Notes under the pieces: model-generated
What the model was told of the DNA's origin: nothing
Databases searched by the model: none
The model's input: the letters and a program-made list of their open reading frames with translations, nothing else
From: Gammaproteobacteria bacterium
GTDB lineage: Bacteria; Pseudomonadota; Gammaproteobacteria; Acidiferrobacterales; SZUA-150
DNA length: 44,780 bases
Reading direction: 5' to 3'
NCBI GenBank assembly: GCA_029880755.1
Contig: JAOUNW010000003.1
Location: 1-44,780 of the forward strand
Made by a program: the position numbers and the translations under genes
Shown: in pieces, positions 31,550-42,506 of the stretch
Numbering within the stretch: the stretch's first letter is position 1
Layout of the letters: each line of letters opens with the position of its first letter

Positions 31550-33130
31550 ATGGTGTATACCAAAAAATCCCCTGCGTTGTTCATTATAGGGCTCATTATG
31601 CTGGCAATCTGGTACATGGCGGATAGCGGTATGATGGCAGGCTATATTGAACATCTCGCGAACGGAAAAAAATACAAGTATGGTTCTGAACTAACTTCCA
31701 TCCCAATGTACTTCGGTATTGTTGCGGCTGCCATTGGCGCCTGGCAGTGGTTCGGTTCCCATAAGGAAGGCCATTGGGACTACTACTCTTCAACCATCGC
31801 CGGCGGCATGTTCATTCTGCTAATCGCCATGTTGGTTCGCTGGTTTGTAGCACCTGAAATCGAAGTGGTGAGCACAGCAATGGGCGAGGTAGGTCAAACA
31901 GGATCCCACATCCATAAGTTGCTCGGTCTCAACTATGTTGTCATTGGCATCGTCACCGGCATGGTCATTGTCAACGTCTTCAGCATACCCGAGTGGGCAC
32001 AGAACGGCGTACGCCTGTCTCGTCTGGGACTCAAAACCGGTGTAATTCTATTAGGCACATTGTATAGCGCGGCAGAATTAAAGAATCTGGGCGGCCTGTC
32101 CATTGTCATGATTGGTTTCTTTGTGTTGGGTTCCGTGGGTATGGTGCTGTGGATCGGTGGTAAACGCAAAATCCCTAACTCCATGGGCGGTGTATTGTCC
32201 GCCGGCATGGGCGTATGCGGCGTGTCAGCAACAGTGGCTGCGGCCCCCGTGGTTCAGGCCAAGTCCGTGGAAATCGCCTATACCATTGGCACCATCCTGA
32301 TCTGGGGCGTGGGCTGTATGTTTGTGTTCCCGATTATTGGTCAGTTGCTGGGAATGTCCTATGTGCAATTCGGCGCCTGGGCGGGAACCGGTATTCTGAA
32401 TTCGGCTCAGGTGGCAGGTGCCGCACTGGCCTTCCAGCCGGACGGCATTGAGACCCTAAAGGTAGCGGAAATCTTTAACATTACCCGCGTACTGGTGCTG
32501 CCCATTATCGTATTGTGGCTGGCTGTCTGGTATGTCAAACGTGAAGAGAGTGCAACGCAGGTCAACGTAGGTCAGGTCATTTTTGCCAAGTTCCCTGTGT
32601 TTGTTCTGGGCTTCATTTTGATGTTCGCTCTTTCCAGCACAGGCATCTTTGCCCCGGCAGAACACTACAAGGGCAAATATTTCGGGAATACAGCGGAGTC
32701 AGGCTTTAAAGACGATAAGCTTCTCAAAGATGCAGATGTCGCCACACTGCGTTCTGAATTTGGCAAGATTGAGCGTACCGACCGCAAGGACGCGCTACAA
32801 CGACTGGTTGAGAATAGAAAAATTATGTCTCCGGATGACGATGACGTCCTGCGCGGCCTGGTAAATTCCAAGGCTCTATCAAAGGATGCCAACAAAATCC
32901 TGAAAGGCGCCCATAAAGCTGTGCGACATACCGCCAAAAAGATCAAGGCATTCCGTAACTGGATAACCTGGTTATTCGCTTTTGGTCTGGTGGGTCTTGG
33001 TATGCAGATTACCATCGGCTCCATGAAACAGGCGGGCGGCCAACCAGCCGTAATCGGCGGCATTGTCGGTTTTGTCAAAGCGGCGTTATCACTGGTCGTA
33101 GTGATGATGCTTATCAGCGAAAAAATTTAA
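31550..33130 (+). CDS. YeiH/PSE-family putative sulfate exporter with N-terminal extension and large soluble insertion
   Basis: LKTGVILLG, GVCGVSATVAAAP, FGAWAGTGI, FPVFVLGFI, VGLGMQI; AAGGAG RBS. Confidence 0.85.
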   Translation: MVYTKKSPALFIIGLIMLAIWYMADSGMMAGYIEHLANGKKYKYGSELTSIPMYFGIVAAAIGAWQWFGSHKEGHWDYYSSTIAGGMFILLIAMLVRWFVAPEIEVVSTAMGEVGQTGSHIHKLLGLNYVVIGIVTGMVIVNVFSIPEWAQNGVRLSRLGLKTGVILLGTLYSAAELKNLGGLSIVMIGFFVLGSVGMVLWIGGKRKIPNSMGGVLSAGMGVCGVSATVAAAPVVQAKSVEIAYTIGTILIWGVGCMFVFPIIGQLLGMSYVQFGAWAGTGILNSAQVAGAALAFQPDGIETLKVAEIFNITRVLVLPIIVLWLAVWYVKREESATQVNVGQVIFAKFPVFVLGFILMFALSSTGIFAPAEHYKGKYFGNTAESGFKDDKLLKDADVATLRSEFGKIERTDRKDALQRLVENRKIMSPDDDDVLRGLVNSKALSKDANKILKGAHKAVRHTAKKIKAFRNWITWLFAFGLVGLGMQITIGSMKQAGGQPAVIGGIVGFVKAALSLVVVMMLISEKI

Positions 33131-33145
33131 CGTGAGGACCTGAAG

Positions 33146-33268
33146 ATGAGCGAAAATAAATTTGATCGTGGTTCGGCGCTGTCAATTTTCGGCAGTGATC
33201 GCAAAGAAGACTTCATGGCACTGGTATTCGCATTAGTGATTGCCTTTGCTGTGTTCCTTACCTACTAA
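33146..33268 (+). CDS. 40-aa single-TM microprotein (not in ORF track)
   Basis: MSENKFDRGSALSIFGSDRKEDFMALVFALVIAFAVFLTY; GAGGA RBS; 15 bp after YeiH stop and just before a terminator. Confidence 0.75.
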   Translation: MSENKFDRGSALSIFGSDRKEDFMALVFALVIAFAVFLTY

Positions 33269-33284
33269 AATTTATCAGCAAGAC

Positions 33285-33322
33285 AAGACCGGTGTCCGCG
33301 TTTCGCGGGCACCGGTCTTTTT
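33285..33322 (+). terminator. Intrinsic terminator
   Basis: AAGACCGGTGTCCGCG-TTT-CGCGGGCACCGGTCTT-TTT long GC stem with U-tract. Confidence 0.8.
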
Positions 33323-33341
33323 CTGATTAAACGAATAAGCA

Positions 33342-33809
33342 ATGACAACAGTTAACCGTATACTACTGGCAAGCCACGGCACCGAGGGAGCGTTAGCGGC
33401 GGAACAGACCGCCATTAACCTGTGCAACAAAGGCGCGCATATCCATCACCTGATTGTTGTGCCTACCTTCTGGCAGGGTATGACCGGCGATGACTGGCTT
33501 AACAATGGTTCAACGCGTGATACCTTCCGTCGTTATCTGGAGACCGAGCTTGGCAAAGAGGCCGATGAACATTTTGAGCGCGTGAGTCAGGCAGCAACAG
33601 AACACGAATTAACTTATACCAAGGCATTGGTCGTGGGTGAACCGGACGAATGCCTGCTTGCGGCAAGCAAGGAACAAAACTTTGATCTGGTGGTCATGGG
33701 ATCCCCCCGGCCCAAAGGTAAACCCGGGCTGCGCTCGCGCATGATTACAGACCCTCTGACAAAAGGCCTTAAGACGCCCTTATTGGTAGTCCCCTATCCC
33801 GATGAGTGA
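33342..33809 (+). CDS. Universal stress protein
   Basis: RILLASHGT, VGEP, DLVVMGS, PLLVVP. Confidence 0.88.
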   Translation: MTTVNRILLASHGTEGALAAEQTAINLCNKGAHIHHLIVVPTFWQGMTGDDWLNNGSTRDTFRRYLETELGKEADEHFERVSQAATEHELTYTKALVVGEPDECLLAASKEQNFDLVVMGSPRPKGKPGLRSRMITDPLTKGLKTPLLVVPYPDE

Positions 33810-34410
33810 TTCACACGGGGAACACAGCCAGGACATTGCCTGGGCCTCACTAACTACCCCATTATCAACCGAAGACCTGAACCAGTTCTGTCAGGATATC
33901 GAACGCCTGTTTCGCATTAATCCGTACCTGGAATTTAACCAGTGGCAGGCTGTTTCGGACAGACGTTATCGCTTCAGTGGCCGTAATCTCAGCCAGGAGC
34001 AACCGTTTGAATTTGATTACGAACTGACGGTGCATCCCTCCGACAAGGGTTTGCGCATCGACTACAACTCGGGTATCAAGTCGAACACGGAAATCAAAAT
34101 AGAGCCGGAAGGGCAAGGATCAAAACTTACCATCACTGACCGTTACGAGCGTCTTCCGGAAAACGAAAGGGAAGCTTATTTACATGAAGTGGACAAAAGC
34201 CTGGTCGCCTGGGCCAACTATATGCGGACATACCTGACAAGTTGGCGGCGCTGGTCCTGGTTCGGGCCGTGGCGCTGGTACATGCGCAGAATCTGGCAAC
34301 CCATGAAACCCACAGCGCGGCGTATTACCTATGTCCTGTTGTGGATTACCGTGTTCGAGATCGCACTAATCGCACTGGGTGTGGCGATATATTTTATAGA
34401 GTACCGCTGA
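33802..34410 (+). CDS. Hypothetical protein with C-terminal TM helix
   Basis: Overlaps USP stop; DIERLFRINPYLEF, Trp/Arg-rich segment, then hydrophobic C-terminus. Confidence 0.75.
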   Translation: MSDSHGEHSQDIAWASLTTPLSTEDLNQFCQDIERLFRINPYLEFNQWQAVSDRRYRFSGRNLSQEQPFEFDYELTVHPSDKGLRIDYNSGIKSNTEIKIEPEGQGSKLTITDRYERLPENEREAYLHEVDKSLVAWANYMRTYLTSWRRWSWFGPWRWYMRRIWQPMKPTARRITYVLLWITVFEIALIALGVAIYFIEYR

Positions 34411-34442
34411 TCCGATTATTCCTGGGTAGAGTCTCTCGGCAC

Positions 34443-35651
34443 CTAGACATACTGGGCTGCTGCATAAGCAGACGACCAGGCCCACTGAAAATTAAAGCCG
34501 CCCAGATGCCCGGTCACATCCACCACTTCGCCGATAAAATAGAGGCCCGGCTGCACTGTACTCTCCATGGTCTTGGAGGATAGCTGCCGGGTATCAATAC
34601 CGCCCAGTGTCACTTCCGCCGTCCGGTAGCCTTCTGTGCCCGATGGTTTGAGTTGCCAAGCCTGCAAACCACTGGACAATGTTTTTAATGTCTCATCTGG
34701 GATTTCCGCTAACGGTATTTCGGCCCACGCTTGCCAGAACAGTGTTTGTAATTCAGCGACCAGATTCTTCGACAGGCATTGCGCCAACAAGCTTCGTAAC
34801 AGGCTTTTTGGATGGGTGCGTTTTTGTGTAAGAAGCCATTTCTCCAGGGACTCGCCGGGAAACAAATCAAGCGCGATACTCTCCCCTGATTGCCAGTAAC
34901 TGGAAAGCTGCAGTGCCGCCGGGCCACTCATCCCGCGATGGGTAAACAGAATGCTTTCCGTAAAACACGTTCCCGGTGCACAAAGCTGCGCTTGCTCCAC
35001 CGATACGCCGGACAACCGATCACAGGTTTCCTTAAACCGGCCGCTAAAGGTAAACGGCACCAGTCCGGCCCGAACAGCCAACACCGCCAGACCAAACTGG
35101 CGGGCGACATCATAACCGTAACCGCTGCCGCCCAGCGTTGGAATGGATAGCCCTCCAGTTGCGATGACCAACGACCGCGCCGTCAGCAGGCCACGGTCTG
35201 TGTGCAACCGAAACCGGGCGCTACTGCCTTCTCCCTGATCGATGGTTTCAATCTTCCCGGTTTCGCACCGGGTATAAATCCTGACGCCCGCACGTTCACA
35301 CTCGTTCAACAGCATTGCCAAAATATCTTTGGCGGAGTCATCACAAAACAACTGTCCAGATTTTTTCTCGTGATACCGGATGCCGTGCTGTTCCACCAGG
35401 GCGATAAAATCCGTGGGCGTGTAGCGCTTTAATGCTGACTTGCAAAAATGCGGGTTGGCGGAAATATAATTGTCGGCGCTAATATCGAGATTGGTAAAAT
35501 TACAGCGCCCGCCACCGGACATGAGGATTTTCTTTCCCGGTTTATTGCTGCGCTCCAGAACCAGCACCTTGCGCCCGCGCTGACCGGCGTGGAACGCGCA
35601 GAATAGCCCGGCCGCACCGGCACCCAAAACAATGACATCAAATTCACTCAA
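34443..35651 (-). CDS. HI0933/YhiN/BaiN-family flavoprotein
   Basis: LGAGAAG, KILMSGGGRCNFTN, FTHRGMSGP, AEVTLGG, GGFNFQWAWSS. Confidence 0.93.
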   Translation of the reverse strand: MSEFDVIVLGAGAAGLFCAFHAGQRGRKVLVLERSNKPGKKILMSGGGRCNFTNLDISADNYISANPHFCKSALKRYTPTDFIALVEQHGIRYHEKKSGQLFCDDSAKDILAMLLNECERAGVRIYTRCETGKIETIDQGEGSSARFRLHTDRGLLTARSLVIATGGLSIPTLGGSGYGYDVARQFGLAVLAVRAGLVPFTFSGRFKETCDRLSGVSVEQAQLCAPGTCFTESILFTHRGMSGPAALQLSSYWQSGESIALDLFPGESLEKWLLTQKRTHPKSLLRSLLAQCLSKNLVAELQTLFWQAWAEIPLAEIPDETLKTLSSGLQAWQLKPSGTEGYRTAEVTLGGIDTRQLSSKTMESTVQPGLYFIGEVVDVTGHLGGFNFQWAWSSAYAAAQYV

Positions 35652-37267
35652 TCTGCTGTGCTCGTAGTGCTGGCAATCATGTCCAGGGCCAGGGCCTCCG
35701 CAACTTTAATGCCGTCTACTGCCGCCGACAGAATCCCGCCGGCATAACCGGCGCCCTCGCCCGCCGGATAAAGTCCCTGCGTATTCACGCTCTGATAATC
35801 ATCCTTGCGTTTAACACGCACCGGCGATGATGTGCGGGTCTCGACACCGGTGAGTACAGCATCACTCATGGCGAAACCCTTTATCTGTTTATCAAAGGCA
35901 GGCAAGGCCTCGCGAATCGCATCAATAGCGTACTCCGGCAAACAAGTGCTCAAATCACCCAAATGCACCGCAGGCGTGTAGGATGGCTGCACTTGCCCAA
36001 ACCGGGTCGATGGCCGCTTTGCCAGAAAGTCGCCCACCAGTTGCCCCGGCGCATCATAATTACCGCCGCCCAACTCAAACGCACGTTCTTCCCAGTGTCG
36101 TTGAAACTCGATACCTGCCAACGGACCATCCGGATAATCCTCCGGTGTAATGCCGACAACGATAGCGCTATTGGCATTACGTTCATTGCGCGAATACTGG
36201 CTCATGCCATTGGTCACGACTCGCCCCGGTTCCGAAGCCGCCGCCACTACCGTACCCCCCGGACACATACAAAAACTGTAAACTGATCTGCCGTTTTTGC
36301 AGTGGTGCACCAGTTTGTAATCCGCCGCCCCCAATAACGGATGGCCCGCCTGGGGACCAAAACGGCAACGGTCAACTAATGACTGCGGATGTTCAATGCG
36401 CAAACCAATGGAAAACGGTTTGGCTTCCACATAAACGCCTTGGTCATACAGCATCTGGAACGTGTCGCGGGCACTGTGACCCACCGCCAATACCACGTGA
36501 CGAGTGTCAATCACCTCGCCATCCGCCAGTGTCACAGCACGCACCTCGCCCTGTTCTACATTGATTTGGTGCACCCGGCTCTGAAAACGGATTTCACCGC
36601 CCAGGGACTGAATAGTATTGCGCATATTCTCTACCATACCCACCAGCCGGAATGTGCCGATGTGAGGTTTGCTGACATAGAGAATCTCTTCCGGCGCCCC
36701 GGCTTTGACGAATTCGGTCAAGACCTTGCGGCCGCGATAATGAGGATCTTTTATCTGGCTGTGAAGTTTGCCGTCAGAAAAGGTGCCGGCACCCCCTTCA
36801 CCAAACTGGACATTGGACTCCGGATTCAGCACCCGTTTACGCCAGAGGCCGAAAGTGTCAACCGTGCGCTCACGCACCGCCTTGCCGCGCTCCAGAATGA
36901 TAGGGCGGAATCCCATTTGCGCCAGAACCAGACCGGCGAATAACCCGCATGGCCCCAGGCCGATCACTACCGGCCGTTCCGTCAGATTTGGCGGTGCCTG
37001 TGCGACAAAGTGATAAGTCATGTCCGGCGCCGATTTGACGCTGTTGTCTTTTTGAAAACGCCTGAGAACCTGATCGTCACAGGTAGTCTGTACATCCAGG
37101 CTATAAATGAATGTGATCGCGCCACGCTTACGGGCGTCATAGCCGCGCCGAACCACGGCATACCCAAGCAGCTGTTCAGCCGTTATGTTCAGCTTCCCGA
37201 GTATTGCCTCGCGCAGGGCTGACTCCGGGTGATCCAGAGGGAGTTTTATTTCGGTCAAGCGCAACAT
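35648..37267 (-). CDS. NAD(P)/FAD-dependent oxidoreductase
   Basis: GLGPCG, FGEGGAGTFSDGKL, SFCMCPGG, VETRTSSP, GEGAGYAGGI; start MLRLTEIK at 37267. Confidence 0.9.
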   Translation of the reverse strand: MLRLTEIKLPLDHPESALREAILGKLNITAEQLLGYAVVRRGYDARKRGAITFIYSLDVQTTCDDQVLRRFQKDNSVKSAPDMTYHFVAQAPPNLTERPVVIGLGPCGLFAGLVLAQMGFRPIILERGKAVRERTVDTFGLWRKRVLNPESNVQFGEGGAGTFSDGKLHSQIKDPHYRGRKVLTEFVKAGAPEEILYVSKPHIGTFRLVGMVENMRNTIQSLGGEIRFQSRVHQINVEQGEVRAVTLADGEVIDTRHVVLAVGHSARDTFQMLYDQGVYVEAKPFSIGLRIEHPQSLVDRCRFGPQAGHPLLGAADYKLVHHCKNGRSVYSFCMCPGGTVVAAASEPGRVVTNGMSQYSRNERNANSAIVVGITPEDYPDGPLAGIEFQRHWEERAFELGGGNYDAPGQLVGDFLAKRPSTRFGQVQPSYTPAVHLGDLSTCLPEYAIDAIREALPAFDKQIKGFAMSDAVLTGVETRTSSPVRVKRKDDYQSVNTQGLYPAGEGAGYAGGILSAAVDGIKVAEALALDMIASTTSTAD

Positions 37268-37386
37268 CTTCGGATATCCGGCATGGTCAGTTTTTCTGGG
37301 CCACGGTCGTAAGACATTCATATAGGCAAGGCATGGGTTTTGGAGTATAAATCGCCACGATTTGGAATAGAAAGAGGAATATTTGC

Positions 37387-38043
37387 TTGAACGCACTCCC
37401 CAGGGCGCAAGGGCCCTACGACGGTGACATCTATACGCGCATTATTCAGTCCCTGCGCGATCAAGGCTATTGTGTCGTTTCAGACTTTCTACCCACCGAC
37501 CTGATCCAGTCACTGTTTATTGACATCAAAAAACTGGACAACAGCCATTTCAAAACGGCGGCCATCGGACGTCACGACAATGTCCTGGTTAACCGTTTTG
37601 TACGCGGCGATCGTATTTGCTGGGTAGATGAAGACAACACAAGCGTGAAAAGCTACCTCGACTGGATTGAGTCCTTGAGACTGAGAATAAACCGGGAGCT
37701 TTATCTCGGTCTGTTTGATTTTGAGTGTATGTATGCTCACTACCCTGAAGGCGCATTCTATAAAAAGCATTACGATGCCTTTCAGGGCGAGTCCAATCGC
37801 AAGCTCTCGGTCATTCTTTATCTTAACCCGGCCTGGCAACATCATGACGGCGGCGAGCTGGTTGTCTATGACAAACATGACAATATTATTGAGAAGGTGA
37901 CGCCGACCTTCGGGAAAATGGTTATCTTCTTGAGCGAAGAGTTTCCTCATGAAGTGTTGGCTACCCACAGGTCACGTTATAGCCTGACAGGCTGGTTTCG
38001 TATCAACAATACTTCAGGTATTACGCTGGACCCTCCCGCGTAG
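37387..38043 (+). CDS. 2OG-Fe(II) oxygenase (SM-20/prolyl-hydroxylase-like)
   Basis: RGDRICW, YKKHYD (HxD), YLNPAW...GGEL, FPHEV, RYSLTGW. Confidence 0.9.
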   Translation: MNALPRAQGPYDGDIYTRIIQSLRDQGYCVVSDFLPTDLIQSLFIDIKKLDNSHFKTAAIGRHDNVLVNRFVRGDRICWVDEDNTSVKSYLDWIESLRLRINRELYLGLFDFECMYAHYPEGAFYKKHYDAFQGESNRKLSVILYLNPAWQHHDGGELVVYDKHDNIIEKVTPTFGKMVIFLSEEFPHEVLATHRSRYSLTGWFRINNTSGITLDPPA

Positions 38044-38080
38044 GTTTCGGATTCACCCAGGCAGCAATCACATTGTTTCA

Positions 38081-38406
38081 TCCGGCGGATTCGCTCGCGC
38101 TTAATCCGCCCTACGCAATCTACGTTATCCACGTCATTGTCTGCGTAGGGCGCAATGGCATTTTTATTGCGCCGCAGGGGTGTGAGATTAATATTGCATG
38201 ACGATACCCTACGGCAATTACATTCCTGAGAAAGCATTTGACGATTTTTCGTCCGGCGGATTCGCTCACGCTTAATCCGCCCTACGTTATCCACGTCATT
38301 GTCTGCGTAGGGCGCAATGGCTTTTTTATTGCGCCGCAGGGGTTTGAGATTAATATTGCATGACGATACCCTACGGCGGATTCGCTCACGCTTAATCCGC
38401 CCTACG
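38081..38406. repeat. REP/BIME-like cluster with GTAG-footed palindromes
   Basis: Three copies of GGCGGATTCGCTCRCGCTTAATCCGCCCTACG (near 38081, 38252, 38374) alternate with two opposite-facing CGTAGGGCGCAATGGC..TTATTGCGCCG (38144, 38306); between convergent genes. Confidence 0.85.
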
Positions 38407-38417
38407 CGATCTGCTGT

Positions 38418-38789
38418 TCAATAGAGTACAAACACCACTGCAATAATTACTAACAGCCAGATCAAAACAATCGCGACCGCGCCAGCGGTGCTTGGCGGTG
38501 CGCTATCCACTGATTTTTCTGCCTGCGCCTGACACTCCAGCCACACATCACGAGGCACTAAACGCAACGCCAGCCAAATTGCCAACGGCAATAACAATAA
38601 ATCATCCAGATAACCAATCACGGGAATAAAATCGGGAATGAGGTCTATGGGGCTCAAGGCATAAGCCAGTACCAGGACAATGATCCACTTCGCCGGCAGC
38701 GGCACGCGCGCATCCCGCGATGCCAGATAAAGCGCACCGATATGGCGCTTAAGGGACCTGGCCCATTGTTTTAATGATGACGATTTCAT
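38418..38789 (-). CDS. YkvA/DUF1232 membrane protein
   Basis: [21 protein letters not shown]; start MKSSSLKQW at 38789. Confidence 0.92.
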   Translation of the reverse strand: MKSSSLKQWARSLKRHIGALYLASRDARVPLPAKWIIVLVLAYALSPIDLIPDFIPVIGYLDDLLLLPLAIWLALRLVPRDVWLECQAQAEKSVDSAPPSTAGAVAIVLIWLLVIIAVVFVLY

Positions 38790-38991
38790 AGCCAATTTAT
38801 AGTTAATGTAGCGACACGAATATTCGACTGAACCAACTCTTTGGTGCCTGTCACGCACAGCAATATTAGTTATTGCTGATATTTCTATTCTCACCGCCTC
38901 CACAAATTTTGATTTCCTGACATTATCGACGCACGACAAAATCAGGCAATCCTTTGAACACTAAGCGATAAACCGATAATCAGTGTCATAT

Positions 38992-39020
38992 TTGTTATGG
39001 CGCGCCCGCTACGGTACACT
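38992..39020 (+). promoter_or_regulatory. Candidate sigma70/sigmaS promoter of the betaine operon
   Basis: TTGTTA-N17-TACACT. Confidence 0.5.
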
Positions 39021-39043
39021 TGCCGTTCTAGATGGTATTTCAG

Positions 39044-39235
39044 CAGGCGAATCCGGCTCTCTGCCTGATTCAGACTTGCTCATCATTCAGGGATTGGCAC
39101 AGCCATCCTGCCATAGTTGTAGTCCGCGTACTACACGTCATTGCCTCCGGGCAGCTTGAACACAATCTGAAATGACTACGACGGCCCGTCGTTAACCGGC
39201 ACAAGGTGGATTCTGTTCACCCGTTATTTTTCATT
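39044..39235 (+). promoter_or_regulatory. Structured 5' leader, candidate cis-regulatory RNA
   Basis: Series of hairpins with a mutually exclusive long-range pairing upstream of GSMT (see findings). Confidence 0.45.
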
Positions 39236-39258
39236 ACCAAACTAATGGGAGAGACATA

Positions 39259-40080
39259 TTGAGTAAGGCAAATCACGCCCAATCTTTCGGCGAAGACCCA
39301 ACCTCCGTCCGAGATACCAGTCACTACAAAGAAGAGTACGTCAAAAGTTTCGTGGAGAAATGGGATGAACTCATCGACTGGGAACGACGCTGGAAAAGTG
39401 AGGGTGAGTTTTTTATTGAACAACTGAGAAGCTATGGCGTAAAACGCGTACTTGATGTGGCAACGGGAACCGGCTTCCATTCTGTGCGACTGTTGAGCGC
39501 GGGCTTTGATGTGGTCAGCGCCGACGGCAGTCCGGAAATGCTGGCAAGGGCATTTCAAAATGCCCGCAACCGCGGCTACATTCTGCGTGCAGTTCAAGCG
39601 GACTGGCGCTGGTTAAATCGTACCATTCATGAACAATTTGATGCTGTCATTTGCCTGGGTAATTCCTTTACCCATTTATTCAAGGAACATGACCGGCGCA
39701 AGGCCCTGGCGGAGTATTACGCCACATTGAATCATGACGGCATTTTGATTCTCGATCAGCGTAATTACGACTCCATACTGGACGAGGGATTCAGCACTAA
39801 ACACAAATTCTATTATTGTGGCGAGGATGTAGTGGCTGAACCGGAACATGTCGATGAAGGCCTGGCCCGTTTTCGGTATTCCTTTCCTGACGGATCCGCA
39901 TACCACCTCAATATGTTTCCATTGCGCAAGAAATACACCCGGCGCCTGATGCACGAAGTGGGTTTTCAGCATGTTGAAACCTATGGCGACTTTCAAGAGA
40001 CATTCAAGGCGAATGATCCGGACTTTCTGGTACACATAGCGGAAAAAACCTATCAGGAAACAGATGACCCGGAGAGCTAA
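39259..40080 (+). CDS. gsmt: Glycine/sarcosine N-methyltransferase
   Basis: FVEKWDELIDW, VLDVATGTGFHS, ICLGNSFTHL, DQRNYD, YHLNMFPLRK; TTG start with GGGAG RBS. Confidence 0.93.
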   Translation: MSKANHAQSFGEDPTSVRDTSHYKEEYVKSFVEKWDELIDWERRWKSEGEFFIEQLRSYGVKRVLDVATGTGFHSVRLLSAGFDVVSADGSPEMLARAFQNARNRGYILRAVQADWRWLNRTIHEQFDAVICLGNSFTHLFKEHDRRKALAEYYATLNHDGILILDQRNYDSILDEGFSTKHKFYYCGEDVVAEPEHVDEGLARFRYSFPDGSAYHLNMFPLRKKYTRRLMHEVGFQHVETYGDFQETFKANDPDFLVHIAEKTYQETDDPES

Positions 40081-40085
40081 TCACT

Positions 40086-40922
40086 ATGGGAAACAATTAT
40101 TCTGAAGCGGTCAATACGGCCCGCGATTACTACAACAGCGAAGACGCCGATAACTTCTACGCCAACATTTGGGGCGGCGAAGACATCCATATCGGTTTAT
40201 ATAATAGTCCGGAAGAGTCCATCACCAGTGCCAGCCGCCGTACTGTACGGCACATGGCGGCAATGGTGCCACTCAAAACCGAGAATCGCGTGCTCGACAT
40301 CGGTTCCGGCTATGGCGGCGCTGCGCGCTACCTGGCTTCGACTTTCGGCTGCTCCGTCATGGCGCTCAACCTGAGCGAGAAGGAAAATGAGCGCGCCCGA
40401 AGCTACAACAAGGAGCGTGGCCTAAGCCATAAAATCATGGTGGTGGACGGCAGCTTTGAAAATATTCCGGCGCATGAAGAAGAATTTGATATGGTCTGGT
40501 CACAGGACGCCATTTTACATAGCGGTCACAGAGAGAGGGTTATTCAAGAGGTATCCCGAGTATTAAAACTGGGCGGCCGATTCATTTTTACCGACCCAAT
40601 GCAGTCCGATGACTGCCCCGATGGCGTACTGCAACCCATCCTCGACCGGATTCATCTCACCTCCCTTGGCTCTCCCCGCTTTTATCGCGAACAGACTAAA
40701 AAATACGGCATGGTGGAAATTGACTTCGAAGAACATACCGACCAGCTCATCAAACACTACAGCCGGGTCAGGGAAGAAACAGAAAAGAAACAGACTGATC
40801 TAACCAAGGTGGTGGAAACCGAGTACGTGGAGCGCATGAAGAAGGGTCTGGGGCACTGGATAGACGGCGGCGAACGCGGCTATCTGACCTGGGGAATTTT
40901 TGTGTTCCAAAAACAGATCTGA
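40086..40922 (+). CDS. sdmt: Sarcosine/dimethylglycine N-methyltransferase
   Basis: YYNSEDADNFY, WGGEDIHIG, LDIGSGYGG, WSQDAILH, FTDPMQ, MKKGLGHW. Confidence 0.93.
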   Translation: MGNNYSEAVNTARDYYNSEDADNFYANIWGGEDIHIGLYNSPEESITSASRRTVRHMAAMVPLKTENRVLDIGSGYGGAARYLASTFGCSVMALNLSEKENERARSYNKERGLSHKIMVVDGSFENIPAHEEEFDMVWSQDAILHSGHRERVIQEVSRVLKLGGRFIFTDPMQSDDCPDGVLQPILDRIHLTSLGSPRFYREQTKKYGMVEIDFEEHTDQLIKHYSRVREETEKKQTDLTKVVETEYVERMKKGLGHWIDGGERGYLTWGIFVFQKQI

Positions 40923-40946
40923 TCACAAAAACAAGAAACACCGAAC

Positions 40947-42502
<1,556 letters not shown>

Positions 42503-42506
<4 letters not shown>

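Noticed and set aside
37977-38294. 105-aa ORF with repeated VGRIKRERIRR
   Set aside because: Translation of the REP repeats; no coding evidence
38081-38406. CRISPR array
   Set aside because: Intervening sequences are duplicated rather than unique, units alternate in type and orientation, and there are no cas genes
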